Under the pieces are notes generated by a model. That model worked only from the letters and a program-made list of their open reading frames with translations. It was not told the origin of the DNA and ran no database searches. From Polycladomyces zharkentensis (GTDB lineage Bacteria > Bacillota > Bacilli > Thermoactinomycetales > JIR-001), in NCBI RefSeq assembly GCF_016938855.1, contig NZ_JAFHAP010000001.1, positions 87,501-119,500 on the forward strand: 32,000 nt of DNA, given 5' to 3'. The translations under genes were made by a program, and so were the position numbers. This document shows positions 1-8,110 of this stretch, piece by piece; positions within the stretch are counted from its first letter, which is position 1; every line of letters begins with the position of its first letter.

Positions 1-63
1 GATACTGCCACTGCCACTCGCCACGCGGACCGGAACCCGCGTGTAGGTCGGAAACAAAGCCAC
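1..63 (-). CDS. argD: acetylornithine aminotransferase, first 21 codons only (gene runs off the left edge)
   Basis: GTG at 63..61, 6 nt after the argB stop and preceded by GGTGAGGA. Translation VALFPTYTRVPVRVASGSGSI has the LFPTY-R-P N-terminus typical of ArgD. Fits argCJBD gene order. Confidence 0.6.
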   Translation of the reverse strand, partial: MALFPTYTRVPVRVASGSGSI

Positions 64-69
64 GGTTCC

Positions 70-861
70 TCACCACTCCCTTACAATGCTGGTGCCTGCA
101 AACACCGTTTGGTTATCGTCTTTCCACTCCTGCGGAGCGCGTCCGTCGACGATCATCACGCGTTCCACTTCACCGCTCAAGCACCGCATCCCGGCTGTCA
201 CTTTTGGGATCATGCCGCCGGCGATCGTGCCATCTTCGATCATGTCGTCAATCTGCTCGGGTGTGACGCGTCGCAGTACACGCTTCTGCCCGTTTTCCAC
301 CTTCCAGATGCCGGGGACGTCGGTCACCAGAGCCAAGGTGTGCGCCTTCAGCGCCTGTGCAATTGCCCCCGCGACGTGATCGGCGTTGACGTTGTAGTGT
401 TGACCGGTTGCATCCACACCCAGCGATGCGACGACGGGCAACCATCCTTGATCCAGCAACCCCTGCAAAATACCTGGGTTTACCTCCGTCACGTCGCCCA
501 CATAACCCAGGGCGGGATCGCGTTGTTTCACCCGAAGCAGCTCGCCGTCAACCCCGCTGATTCCGATTGCCCGCGCACCGGCTTGGGTGAACCGCGTAAC
601 CAAATGTTTGTTCATCACACCGGCCAGTACCATCTCGACCACTTCCAATGTATCGGCGTCCGTGATGCGCAATCCGTCAACAAAGCGGGGCGTGATCCCG
701 GCTTTCTCCAGCCAGCGGTTGATCCAGGGACCGCCTCCGTGTACGATGATGGGCTGCCACCCCCGCTCCCAGAGAGAGACGCAGGTGGAAAAGAACGATG
801 GATGAAGCTGATCCGTCACACTGCCGCCGATTTTGATGACCATGATATTGCCGGTATCCAT
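70..861 (-). CDS. argB: acetylglutamate kinase
   Basis: 263-aa ORF with VIKIGGSV and IVHGGGP motifs of the amino-acid kinase family. SD GGAGAGGAGAGAGG lies upstream of the ATG at 861. Fits arg operon context. Confidence 0.93.
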   Translation of the reverse strand: MDTGNIMVIKIGGSVTDQLHPSFFSTCVSLWERGWQPIIVHGGGPWINRWLEKAGITPRFVDGLRITDADTLEVVEMVLAGVMNKHLVTRFTQAGARAIGISGVDGELLRVKQRDPALGYVGDVTEVNPGILQGLLDQGWLPVVASLGVDATGQHYNVNADHVAGAIAQALKAHTLALVTDVPGIWKVENGQKRVLRRVTPEQIDDMIEDGTIAGGMIPKVTAGMRCLSGEVERVMIVDGRAPQEWKDDNQTVFAGTSIVREW

Positions 862-996
862 GTCGCCTCTCTCCTCTCCGGTCTGTATATAAAAACACGA
901 TCATGTATAAATATGCAGATCAACCAGAAAATCAGCACCCTGCCCCGGCGCTTTTTGTCAACATCGCTCCGGGACATCGGATGCCAATTGCAGACA

Positions 997-2265
997 TCAT
1001 GTCCGGTAACAAGCGTTGATACGCACGTATTCGTATGTCAGGTCGCATCCCCATGCCGTCGCCTCAAACTCTCCCTGATGCAGGTCGACATGGAATTTCA
1101 CCATGTCACCGGCCAATACCAATTGGGCTGCTTCTTCGTCAAACGGGACGGGCAAACCGTTTTTCACGACCGGAATCTCTCCGATCTTCACATCCACTGA
1201 AACGGGATCAATCAACGGCGCACCATATCCGACCGCGCAGAGTATTCGCCCCCAGTTGGGGTCGGCACCGAACACCGCCGATTTGACCAGATTGGAACCC
1301 ACCACCGCCTTGGCCGCCTGCCGTGCCGTCTCCTGCGTCGGAGCACCACTGACGGTCACCTCCACCAGCTTGGTCGCTCCTTCTCCGTCTCGTGCAATCA
1401 TCTGCGCCAAACGGCGACATACATAAGCGAAACCCGAGCGGAACGCTGGCCAATCCGGATGATCCGGCTGAAGGGCGGTGGGGTGTGCAGCCAATCCGCT
1501 TGCCATCGCAACCACCATGTCATTGGTGCTGCAGTCGCCATCGACGGTGATCATGTTGAATGTTTCATCCGTCACTTCTCTGAGCAGTCCCCTCAATACC
1601 GCCGGTTCGATCACCGCATCCGTCGTAAGAAAGGCCAACATGGTTGCCATATTGGGATGAATCATGCCTGATCCTTTGGCCACACCGGCGATTTTCACTT
1701 CCTGACCTTCAACCGTGACCACCACTTCCACGGCTTTGGTGCAAGTGTCGGTGGTCAAGATGGCCTGGGCGAAATCGTCGTGACCGCTGTCTCTCACATC
1801 ATGATCCATTTGCTCCCGCAAAGCGCGAATCCCTGCCGAAATCCGGTCCATCGGCAGCAATTCACCGATCACCCCGGTGGAAGCGACACCGACCAAATGC
1901 TCAGAGATCCCGAATAATTCCGCCGTTTCCCTGCGCATCCGGTACGCATCCGCTTCTCCCTGCGGGCCGGTACAGGCATTGGCATTGCCGCTGTTGACCA
2001 GCATCACCTGCAGGTGATGCTCTTTTTCCAAGCTCTCGCGCGTCACTTTCAAAGGCGCCGCCTGAAAAGCGTTCATCGTGTACACGGCGGCGGCGGAAGC
2101 GGGAACCTCACAGACGATCCAACCGAGATCTTTCCGTTTCCGTTTGATGCCACAGTGCAAACCCGCTGCGTTAAACCCTTTGGGCGAATGGATCCGTGGA
2201 TGCTCCACCACCGAAAACGCGCCAATCGTCGTTTGTTGTAGCTGGGCCACGTCCGTTCCGCTCAT
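997..2265 (-). CDS. argJ: bifunctional ornithine acetyltransferase / N-acetylglutamate synthase
   Basis: 422-aa ORF with the autoproteolysis motif HPNMATMLAFLTTDA and the characteristic C-terminal ...INACYRT. SD AAAGGGGAGAAA upstream. Confidence 0.93.
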   Translation of the reverse strand: MSGTDVAQLQQTTIGAFSVVEHPRIHSPKGFNAAGLHCGIKRKRKDLGWIVCEVPASAAAVYTMNAFQAAPLKVTRESLEKEHHLQVMLVNSGNANACTGPQGEADAYRMRRETAELFGISEHLVGVASTGVIGELLPMDRISAGIRALREQMDHDVRDSGHDDFAQAILTTDTCTKAVEVVVTVEGQEVKIAGVAKGSGMIHPNMATMLAFLTTDAVIEPAVLRGLLREVTDETFNMITVDGDCSTNDMVVAMASGLAAHPTALQPDHPDWPAFRSGFAYVCRRLAQMIARDGEGATKLVEVTVSGAPTQETARQAAKAVVGSNLVKSAVFGADPNWGRILCAVGYGAPLIDPVSVDVKIGEIPVVKNGLPVPFDEEAAQLVLAGDMVKFHVDLHQGEFEATAWGCDLTYEYVRINACYRT

Positions 2266-2300
2266 TTTTCGTTTCTCCCCTTTTTCTCAACGAGTCTCTA

Positions 2301-3335
2301 TCACGGATACAACGGTAATCCTTCCAAACCCGCCGTTTCCGGCCATCCCATCCGGAGATTCAGGTTTTGCACCGCCTGGCCCGCCGCTCCTTTCATCAAA
2401 TTGTCGATCGCGGCAACGGCAGTGACGATTCCCGTCCGTTCATCCACATGCCATCCCAGATCGCAGAAATTGCTGCCGCGCACGTGCTTGGTCTGTGGCC
2501 ATTCTCCTTCAGGTTTCAACCGAACAAATGGGGCGTTTTCATAGTACGACCGATAGCAGTCAGCCACATCTTGACCGGTTACGCCCGGGTTCGCTTGGGC
2601 GTATATGTTGGCCAGAATCCCGCGGTTCATGGGAACCAGGTGCGGCGTGAACAGTATTTTCACCGGCTCACCAGATTCCGCTGCCGCAAACCGCTCCAAC
2701 TCGGGTGTATGCTGATGTACCCCAATTTTGTATGGGTACAGATTTTCGTTCACTTCGCAGTACAGTTTGGATTCGCTTAATCCCCGTCCCGCGCCGGATA
2801 CGCCCGATTTGGCGTCCACCACCAGCGGGGAAGTCTGAATGAGTCCCTCTTTCAATAATGGCAAAACCGCCAGCAACGTGGCTGTCGGATAACATCCCGG
2901 GTTGGCGATCAACGTCGCCTCGGCGACTTGCTCTTTGTACCATTCACTCAACCCGTACACCGCCCGTTCCATCCATTCGACCGGTGCGGGTTCCCGTTGG
3001 TACCACTGTTGATAGATGTCAGGGTTCCCCAATCGAAAATCTCCGGAAAGATCGATCACGATCTTCCCTCTCTCCAAAAAGGCAGCAGCCCATTTGCCGC
3101 TGACGCCGGGAGGTGTGGCAAAAAAGATCACTTCCCCCGCTTCCGCGATACCGTCAACGTCCATTTCCTCCAAGGTGAACGTGAGGTGTGCCGCGTGTGG
3201 GTACACTTCTCCAAGCGGTTTTCCCGCCGAGGAAGAAGAAACCATCGCGCCGATCTCGGCATTCGGGTGCCCTTGCAACAATCGGATCAATTCGACGCCA
3301 CCATAGCCCGTCGATCCGATCACCACTGCTTTCAC
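2301..3335 (-). CDS. argC: N-acetyl-gamma-glutamyl-phosphate reductase
   Basis: 344-aa ORF with an N-terminal Rossmann motif (VIGSTGYGG) and active-site ANPGCYPTA. GTG start at 3335 with GAGGAGGT 10 nt upstream. Confidence 0.93.
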   Translation of the reverse strand: MKAVVIGSTGYGGVELIRLLQGHPNAEIGAMVSSSSAGKPLGEVYPHAAHLTFTLEEMDVDGIAEAGEVIFFATPPGVSGKWAAAFLERGKIVIDLSGDFRLGNPDIYQQWYQREPAPVEWMERAVYGLSEWYKEQVAEATLIANPGCYPTATLLAVLPLLKEGLIQTSPLVVDAKSGVSGAGRGLSESKLYCEVNENLYPYKIGVHQHTPELERFAAAESGEPVKILFTPHLVPMNRGILANIYAQANPGVTGQDVADCYRSYYENAPFVRLKPEGEWPQTKHVRGSNFCDLGWHVDERTGIVTAVAAIDNLMKGAAGQAVQNLNLRMGWPETAGLEGLPLYP

Positions 3336-3373
3336 TGGATAAGCTACCTCCTCACGCGGTCGAAGTTTGTATC

Positions 3374-3402
3374 ATTATACGGCCATAGTAATATTTATTC
3401 AA
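3374..3402 (-). promoter_or_regulatory. arg operon sigmaA-type promoter overlapped by an ARG-box-like operator
   Basis: On the minus strand: TTGAAT (3402..3397), 17 bp, TATAAT (3379..3374), ~40 nt upstream of argC. TTGAATAAATATTACT (3402..3387) resembles the ArgR/AhrC box TGAATAAAAATTCA. Confidence 0.6.
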
Positions 3403-3423
3403 CCCCTTTTTTCATTTCGACAC

Positions 3424-3454
3424 AAAAAAAATCGCCCCCGTTTTGAGGGACGAT
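3424..3454 (-). terminator. rho-independent terminator (distal of a tandem pair)
   Basis: On the minus strand: ATCGTCCC-loop-GGG(G)GCGAT followed by T8. Sits just upstream of the arg promoter. Confidence 0.6.
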
Positions 3455-3489
3455 TCCAAGAAAATCAAAACGCGTGACCAAATGCCCGT

Positions 3490-3510
3490 AAAAAAGCCGT
3501 TCTCCGGCTT
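3490..3510 (-). terminator. weak rho-independent terminator (proximal of a tandem pair)
   Basis: On the minus strand: AAGCCG-GAGAA-CGGCTT followed by TTTTT. The stem is only 5-6 bp. Confidence 0.45.
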
Positions 3511-4121
3511 GCCCCAATGGCTTTCACTGAGACTGCCGACCAAATCAACCACTCGTCATTCGGGAAGGGGGCCGAATTTCCCGTTGAGTGACTCCGCTTT
3601 TGCCCTGGAGCGTGGAGTGATCGGATCAAAGACTTTGTCATCTGCCCGATGACGGAATCGTTTTTTGGGTGTCTGCCTTCAAGATTGATGTCACTGCGCC
3701 CGCAAGTGATTCGGCTCTTGAACTTTGTCGGCGTTTTGGGATTCCGTTTTTCCTTGCGGCTGTTCCATCAGGTTTTTTCGATCCTCAGACTCTTCCGCCA
3801 CGCGCGTTTCACGTTGTTCGGCCAATGGTCTCACCCCCCGTTATCATCAGGGTGCGACTCATTGGCCGTCATTATGCGTCACGCAACCTGAGGTTTCTTC
3901 GCTTCCGACCCATAATGATCCGGGTACGCCTTTCTCCCGCTCGCACCTGATTCATCAAGCGGAAACACCACTTGAAAAAAGGTCACCCTTCCCTTCTTTT
4001 CGATTACGCTACATGTTCCGATCGGAACACAGCGAAAGACGTGGGCTTCTCGCTTCATTTGGCGTCGTGGCCAAATGGAGGGCTGTTTTTTACTTTCTCT
4101 TTTTCACGTTTTCCACCATGA

Positions 4122-4739
4122 TTATTTCTTCCGCTTGCCTCGGGGCGGCAATGTTGATTCGGAATCATACGGATTGCCCGATTTGGCGACAGGATCCTTT
4201 TCCTTCAACCATGAAGGCTTGAACGGGATTTTGGCCGGTTCCTGTTCATTTTCTTCCTGTTCTCCCGATTCTTCCTCCCATTCCTCCGTCTCCTGTTCTT
4301 GTTGTTTTTGAATTTCCGGATCGACCAACACATGATCCGACTTATCCTTTTTTTCTTCTTCTTTAGACGGTGGTTCCCAATTGACCTCTTCTTCCGGCTC
4401 GTCGTCCTTCTTTTTTTTCAACCAACCCAATACGCCGCGTTTTTCTTCCTCCTCCTCATCAAATTTGGGACGATAACGCGGCTCCAGGTTTTCCAGCTCT
4501 TTTCGTTTTTGCTCTTCCCGCTTGGCCCGGCGTTCCAGGACGGAAAACTCGGTGAAATCGATATCCTCCGAATCACGCTGAAACATGCGCTCCAGTTCTT
4601 CCACTTCCTTGTTACGCGCTTTGGACAACCAGATTGAACCCACTACCGCACCGATGATCACCACAGCGAGAATGATCCAAACATAAGTGGGTATCACGCT
4701 GAAAATCCCCTCCAACAGCATGGCATGCAACCATACCAT
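4122..4739 (-). CDS. hypothetical membrane-anchored, highly acidic/charged (E/K-rich) protein
   Basis: ORF 4122..4748 trimmed to the ATG at 4739 (AGGGAGGTG, 8 nt spacer). One N-terminal TM segment (VWIILAVVIIGAVVGSIWL), then a low-complexity E/K/D-rich tail. No family recognised. Confidence 0.7.
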   Translation of the reverse strand: MVWLHAMLLEGIFSVIPTYVWIILAVVIIGAVVGSIWLSKARNKEVEELERMFQRDSEDIDFTEFSVLERRAKREEQKRKELENLEPRYRPKFDEEEEEKRGVLGWLKKKKDDEPEEEVNWEPPSKEEEKKDKSDHVLVDPEIQKQQEQETEEWEEESGEQEENEQEPAKIPFKPSWLKEKDPVAKSGNPYDSESTLPPRGKRKK

Positions 4740-4836
4740 TAATGTCACACCTCCCTGAAATTGAACGCACTTTGCTCACGATTGGTGTCAATCGGATTGT
4801 GAACACCATCGTGTCCCGCCGTCCCCATACAGAAAA

Positions 4837-4865
4837 GTTGTAGCAATCTCCGCCCTTTTTGTCAA
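4837..4865 (-). promoter_or_regulatory. candidate sigmaA promoter of the 4122..4739 gene
   Basis: On the minus strand: TTGACA (4865..4860), 17 bp, TACAAC (4842..4837). Confidence 0.45.
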
Positions 4866-4910
4866 ACCCGCCTGTTTTTTAAATCGACGTGACGGATGAT
4901 TATTTCCCGG

Positions 4911-4943
4911 GAAACGACAACTGCCGGCTGATCAAGCCGGCAG
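4911..4943 (-). terminator. rho-independent terminator after the crotonase gene
   Basis: On the minus strand: CTGCCGGCT-TGATC-AGCCGGCAG (9-bp stem) followed by TTGTCGTTTC. Confidence 0.6.
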
Positions 4944-4951
4944 TAGACAAA

Positions 4952-5737
4952 TTATTTCCCTTGAAATTCCGGTTTCCGCTTCTGAAGAAATGCATCCATT
5001 CCTTCTATGCGGTCCCTGGTGTCGAAAGTCAGACCAAAACAAGCCGCCTCCAACTGCAAGCCGGATTGCAAATCCGTCTCTGCTCCTTGATTGATTGTCC
5101 GTTTAATGTATTTCATGGCGATGGGCGCTTTTTTGACAAGCACTTCCGCCAGCCGTTTCGACTCGTCCAGCAACATGTCGGGCGGCGTCACTTTTTGCAC
5201 CAATCCCAAACGATAAGCCTCAGCGGCAGAAATGATCTCCCCGGTCAAACACCAGTATTTTGCGGTCGCCTTTCCAACCAACCTCGCCAATCGCTGGGTC
5301 CCGCCATATCCCGGAATCACACCCAGATTCACTTCCGGCTGACCGAACTTGGCATTTTCGGACGCGATCAAAATATCGCCGCTCATCGCCAACTCACACC
5401 CGCCACCCAAGGCGAAGCCGTTGACGGCCATGATCACCGGCTTGTCCAGCTCTTCGATTTTGCTGAAGAGCGCCTGCCCTTTCGCCGCCAACCGTTGTGC
5501 TTCGGCAGCCGATTCGATTTGCCTCAGCTCGTTGATGTCCGCTCCCGCAACGAATGCTTTTTCCCCCGCTCCGGTAATGATCAGACAGCGCACATCTTCA
5601 TTTTGCTCCACCCAATCGACCGCCTCTGACAACTCTTCCAACGTTTTACGATTGAGCGCATTGAGCACTTGCGGGCGCTGAATGGTCAGGAGTGCCCATC
5701 CGTTACCTTGTTCCAGCACAATATTGTTCCATTCCAC
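4952..5737 (-). CDS. enoyl-CoA hydratase/isomerase (crotonase) family protein
   Basis: The ORF track gives 4952..6100, but crotonase similarity begins at VEWNNIVLEQGNGWALLTIQRPQVLNALN. GTG at 5737 has AGGGGGTG 7 nt upstream. The upstream 121 codons overlap the neighbouring gene and look like non-coding read-through. Confidence 0.88.
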   Translation of the reverse strand: MEWNNIVLEQGNGWALLTIQRPQVLNALNRKTLEELSEAVDWVEQNEDVRCLIITGAGEKAFVAGADINELRQIESAAEAQRLAAKGQALFSKIEELDKPVIMAVNGFALGGGCELAMSGDILIASENAKFGQPEVNLGVIPGYGGTQRLARLVGKATAKYWCLTGEIISAAEAYRLGLVQKVTPPDMLLDESKRLAEVLVKKAPIAMKYIKRTINQGAETDLQSGLQLEAACFGLTFDTRDRIEGMDAFLQKRKPEFQGK

Positions 5738-5829
5738 ACTGCAACACCCCCTGGCTCGTCTTCGGGAACCATGTCTGGTTATGAATTCGGTGTCGAATGG
5801 TGCTCTTCCTCCCATCTGATCGATCCATC

Positions 5830-6879
5830 CTATTCCACCTGCACCCGTGAACGGCAGACGGCGTTGTACCCGTACCCTTTCCGGTTCCATTGGGCACGGA
5901 GCGGTTGCATACGGCCGGCTGTGTCCGCCGCCCGCGACCAGATTTCGTATTTCCCCGGTTGCAAGGCTTTCCAGTTCCAACTCCATTGGACCCATGCATA
6001 GGGATGATCCCAGGGGCGTTGAAGTAACCGTGCAGGATGCCAATGCGCCCCACGGTCGACAGATACCTCCACTCTCCTGATGACACCCTTCCCCGTCCAC
6101 GCAAGCCCCTCCACCCGGTGACGCCCCGTTTTCAGCACCGAAAAATCATGGGGATACCGAATGAGGGAATTGACGCGGAGAACGGTGACGGGCCGTTTCC
6201 CCTCATCACTGTCGGGAAAGGGATAGTAGTGGTAATCCTCCTTTTGATAGTACCCCTGAAACGGTTCCGTTACCACTTCGATGCGTCTCAACCATTTTAC
6301 GGACGCCATCGCATACCAACCCGGCACGATCAGCCGAAGAGGCGCACCGTGTTCCGGTGACAGCAGCCGACCGTTTTGGGCATAGGCCACCAACGTATCC
6401 GGGTGAAGTGATTTGCCCAGTGATAAGCTGCGGGCAAACGGCCCCTTCTCCTCCCCTTCACCATCCATGCCCCAAAACACGACTTCCCGTGCCGTCGAGC
6501 AGATACCGGCCTCCCGCAACAAATCCCGGAGCGGGATGCCCGTCCATTCTGCCTGGCTGATCGCCCCTTCGTTCCAGGGTACGCCGTATACCCGCGGACG
6601 GAACATGGTCCTGCGGTTGCCCGCGCATTCCATCACCGCCACTACTGACTTGGCCGGTCTGGACCGGATCTCTTCGCAACTCAGGGTCAAGGGACGATGT
6701 ACCGCCCCCACCACTTGCAAACTGTCCATATTCGGCGCAGGATAAGCGTAATGATTGCGACGGTACCATAAATCGTCCGGTGTCATCCAATCCGTGATCC
6801 AGCGAACGGGGGAACTTTGATTTTCCGGTTGCATCGTTACCGTTTCCCGAAACAATTGCTTTGCTCGTGACATTTTCAT
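5830..6879 (-). CDS. sulfite-oxidase-family molybdopterin oxidoreductase
   Basis: Contains the Mo-ligand cysteine motif MECAGNRR and a C-terminal Moco-dimerisation-like region. Start is ATG 6879 (GGAGGGGTG ~10 nt upstream); an in-frame GTG at 6888 is an alternative. Confidence 0.85.
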   Translation of the reverse strand: MKMSRAKQLFRETVTMQPENQSSPVRWITDWMTPDDLWYRRNHYAYPAPNMDSLQVVGAVHRPLTLSCEEIRSRPAKSVVAVMECAGNRRTMFRPRVYGVPWNEGAISQAEWTGIPLRDLLREAGICSTAREVVFWGMDGEGEEKGPFARSLSLGKSLHPDTLVAYAQNGRLLSPEHGAPLRLIVPGWYAMASVKWLRRIEVVTEPFQGYYQKEDYHYYPFPDSDEGKRPVTVLRVNSLIRYPHDFSVLKTGRHRVEGLAWTGKGVIRRVEVSVDRGAHWHPARLLQRPWDHPYAWVQWSWNWKALQPGKYEIWSRAADTAGRMQPLRAQWNRKGYGYNAVCRSRVQVE

Positions 6880-7097
6880 CTCATTCACCCCTCCTGCGAA
6901 TGTTCCGCTGTGTTGGAGAAACCCGGCTGCGCGGGATCATATCCCACACAACCGGGTATGTAAGAGATCTCAATGATATTGAAAAAATAAAATCGGACCA
7001 CCTCGCAGAATGACGATCACCCTTCTCAAACAACGGTTGAAGCACCAAACATACTCCCGTTATCACCCAGACCGGCCATCCTCCTCCGCATCCCCGA

Positions 7098-7526
7098 TCA
7101 GCCGGTCGGTCCGGCTTTCGCCTTCCCTTGCAACAAATGGTCCAGCGTCGTCCGGTCCAATACCTGTGCCACTGTATCGCGAACCAACGCCCACAACGGT
7201 TTCAACAAACAATTTCCTTCCAACGGGCACGGCTCATATGCCGTCACACTGACACAGCTCATGGGAGCCAACGGTCCTTCCAGCCTGCGGATCACTTCTC
7301 CGATCACGATCCGCTCAGGCGGAAGTCGAAGAGAATATCCTCCCTGGGCTCCCCGTTTGCTCTTCACGTACCCATTGGTTTTCAACTGAAGTAAAATCTG
7401 CTCCAAATAGTGATTGGGAACCAACGTTTTTTCCGCAATCTCGGATATGGGAACCACATCCCCTTTGCGCAATCCCAACAACAACAAGGCACGCAATGCG
7501 TACTCCCCGCGGCTGGAAACCTTCAT
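7098..7526 (-). CDS. Rrf2-family transcriptional regulator with three clustered Cys (probable Fe-S type, NsrR/IscR-like)
   Basis: N-terminus MKVSSRGEYALRALLLLG is typical Rrf2 wHTH. Cys pattern is C-x8-C-x5-C (MSCVSVTAYEPCPLEGNC). SD GGGAGGGGAG upstream. Confidence 0.9.
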   Translation of the reverse strand: MKVSSRGEYALRALLLLGLRKGDVVPISEIAEKTLVPNHYLEQILLQLKTNGYVKSKRGAQGGYSLRLPPERIVIGEVIRRLEGPLAPMSCVSVTAYEPCPLEGNCLLKPLWALVRDTVAQVLDRTTLDHLLQGKAKAGPTG

Positions 7527-7592
7527 GCTCCCCTCCCATCCCTACCATCCCGAGCTGAATGGTCGACAATGATATCACAGCCGTCGATTATT

Positions 7593-7606
7593 ATGTATAT
7601 ACACAT
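7593..7606. promoter_or_regulatory. operator-like palindrome (distal copy)
   Basis: ATGTATATACACAT contains the perfect 10-bp palindrome TGTATATACA (7594..7603). The same 12-mer TGTATATACACA recurs at 7684..7695, 90 bp away. Confidence 0.5.
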
Positions 7607-7654
7607 GATGAGAGATGTGTGCCGGTATTTTTGTACATCAGGACAAAAAGCGGG

Positions 7655-7697
7655 TTGACAACGGTTTGTCAAAGTGTATATATTGTATATACACACT
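7655..7697 (+). promoter_or_regulatory. promoter of the gntR-ABC operon overlapped by an inverted-repeat operator
   Basis: TTGACA (7655..7660), 18 bp, TATATT (7679..7684). The inverted repeat GTGTATATA-TTG-TATATACAC (7674..7694), flanked as AGTGTA...ACACT, covers the -10 and the start site. This is the layout expected for autorepression by a YtrA-type GntR. Confidence 0.6.
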
Positions 7698-7720
7698 ATT
7701 TATTCATGGAGAGTGATTGT

Positions 7721-8110
7721 TTGAACATCACGATTTCCCATTCTTCGAAAGAACCGATCTACCAACAAATCATCGACCAGATCCGTGATCAGATATTGAA
7801 AGGAGCCGCCCGTCCGGGAGATCCACTGCCCTCCATCCGGCAATTGGCCCGGGATTTACGGGTGAGCGTGATTACGACAAAACGCGCCTATGAAGAATTG
7901 GAACGGGAGGGATTGATCCGATCCGTCGTTGGGAAGGGGTCTTACATCGCTCCGGGAAACACCTTGGATACGCTTCGGGAGCAACGGATCTTCCAACTGC
8001 GATGCCGTTTGCAACAACTGGTGGAGGAAGCCGCAGAACTCGGCTTAAGCAAGGAAGAATTGATCACTTGGGTACGACAATGTGATTGCGGGGAGGATCA
8101 GGAATCATGA
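7721..8110 (+). CDS. GntR-family transcriptional regulator, YtrA subfamily (short effector domain)
   Basis: wHTH PLPSIRQLARDLRVSVITTKRAYEELEREGLI. About 129 aa from the TTG at 7721 (GGAGAG at 7708..7713, 7-nt spacer). ATG 7706 lacks an SD and 7559 is implausible. The stop overlaps the next start (ATGA). Confidence 0.85.
   Translation: MNITISHSSKEPIYQQIIDQIRDQILKGAARPGDPLPSIRQLARDLRVSVITTKRAYEELEREGLIRSVVGKGSYIAPGNTLDTLREQRIFQLRCRLQQLVEEAAELGLSKEELITWVRQCDCGEDQES

Noticed and set aside
903-918. ARG-box-like ATGTATAAATATGCAG in the 135-nt argJ-argB spacer, with TTGACA at 961..956 on the minus strand.
   Set aside because: It matches only ~10 of 14 positions of the box. No -10 element lies at the right distance from the TTGACA. 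It is probably just an AT-rich spacer and is worth a look only if ArgR ChIP data exist.
109-1200. Long ORFs antisense to or overlapping well-supported genes. Examples are 109..1200(+), 5349..5681(+), 11311..12393(+), 12680..13888(+), 13910..15292(+), 16979..17806(+), 18518..19291(+), 21579..22433(+), 24488..25975(+), 26190..26858(+) and 30182..30919(-).
   Set aside because: Each lies opposite a gene with unmistakable family motifs. Each lacks an SD and has R/H/G/P-rich, low-complexity translations typical of shadow ORFs in GC-rich DNA.
3456-4124. The frame of the 4122..4739 ORF stays open downstream apart from one TAA and five TGA codons. I considered TGA read-through, selenocysteine or other recoding.
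   Set aside because: The translation in that frame is basic and low-complexity and runs through both terminator hairpins. No SECIS-like context is evident. Other frames look more protein-like. Stop-poor composition affects both strands here.
5738-6100. A 5' extension of the crotonase ORF (track start 6100), plus ORF 5703..6104.
   Set aside because: The extension overlaps the 3' end of the sulfite-oxidase-family gene and has no crotonase similarity. A GTG with a good SD sits at 5737, exactly where the conserved domain begins.
7655-7671. The palindromic TTGACA-ACGGTT-TGTCAA read as back-to-back -35 elements for divergent promoters, serving the Rrf2 gene on the minus strand.
   Set aside because: No acceptable -10 lies 16-18 bp downstream on the minus strand (TTTTGT). 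I could not locate the Rrf2 promoter with confidence.
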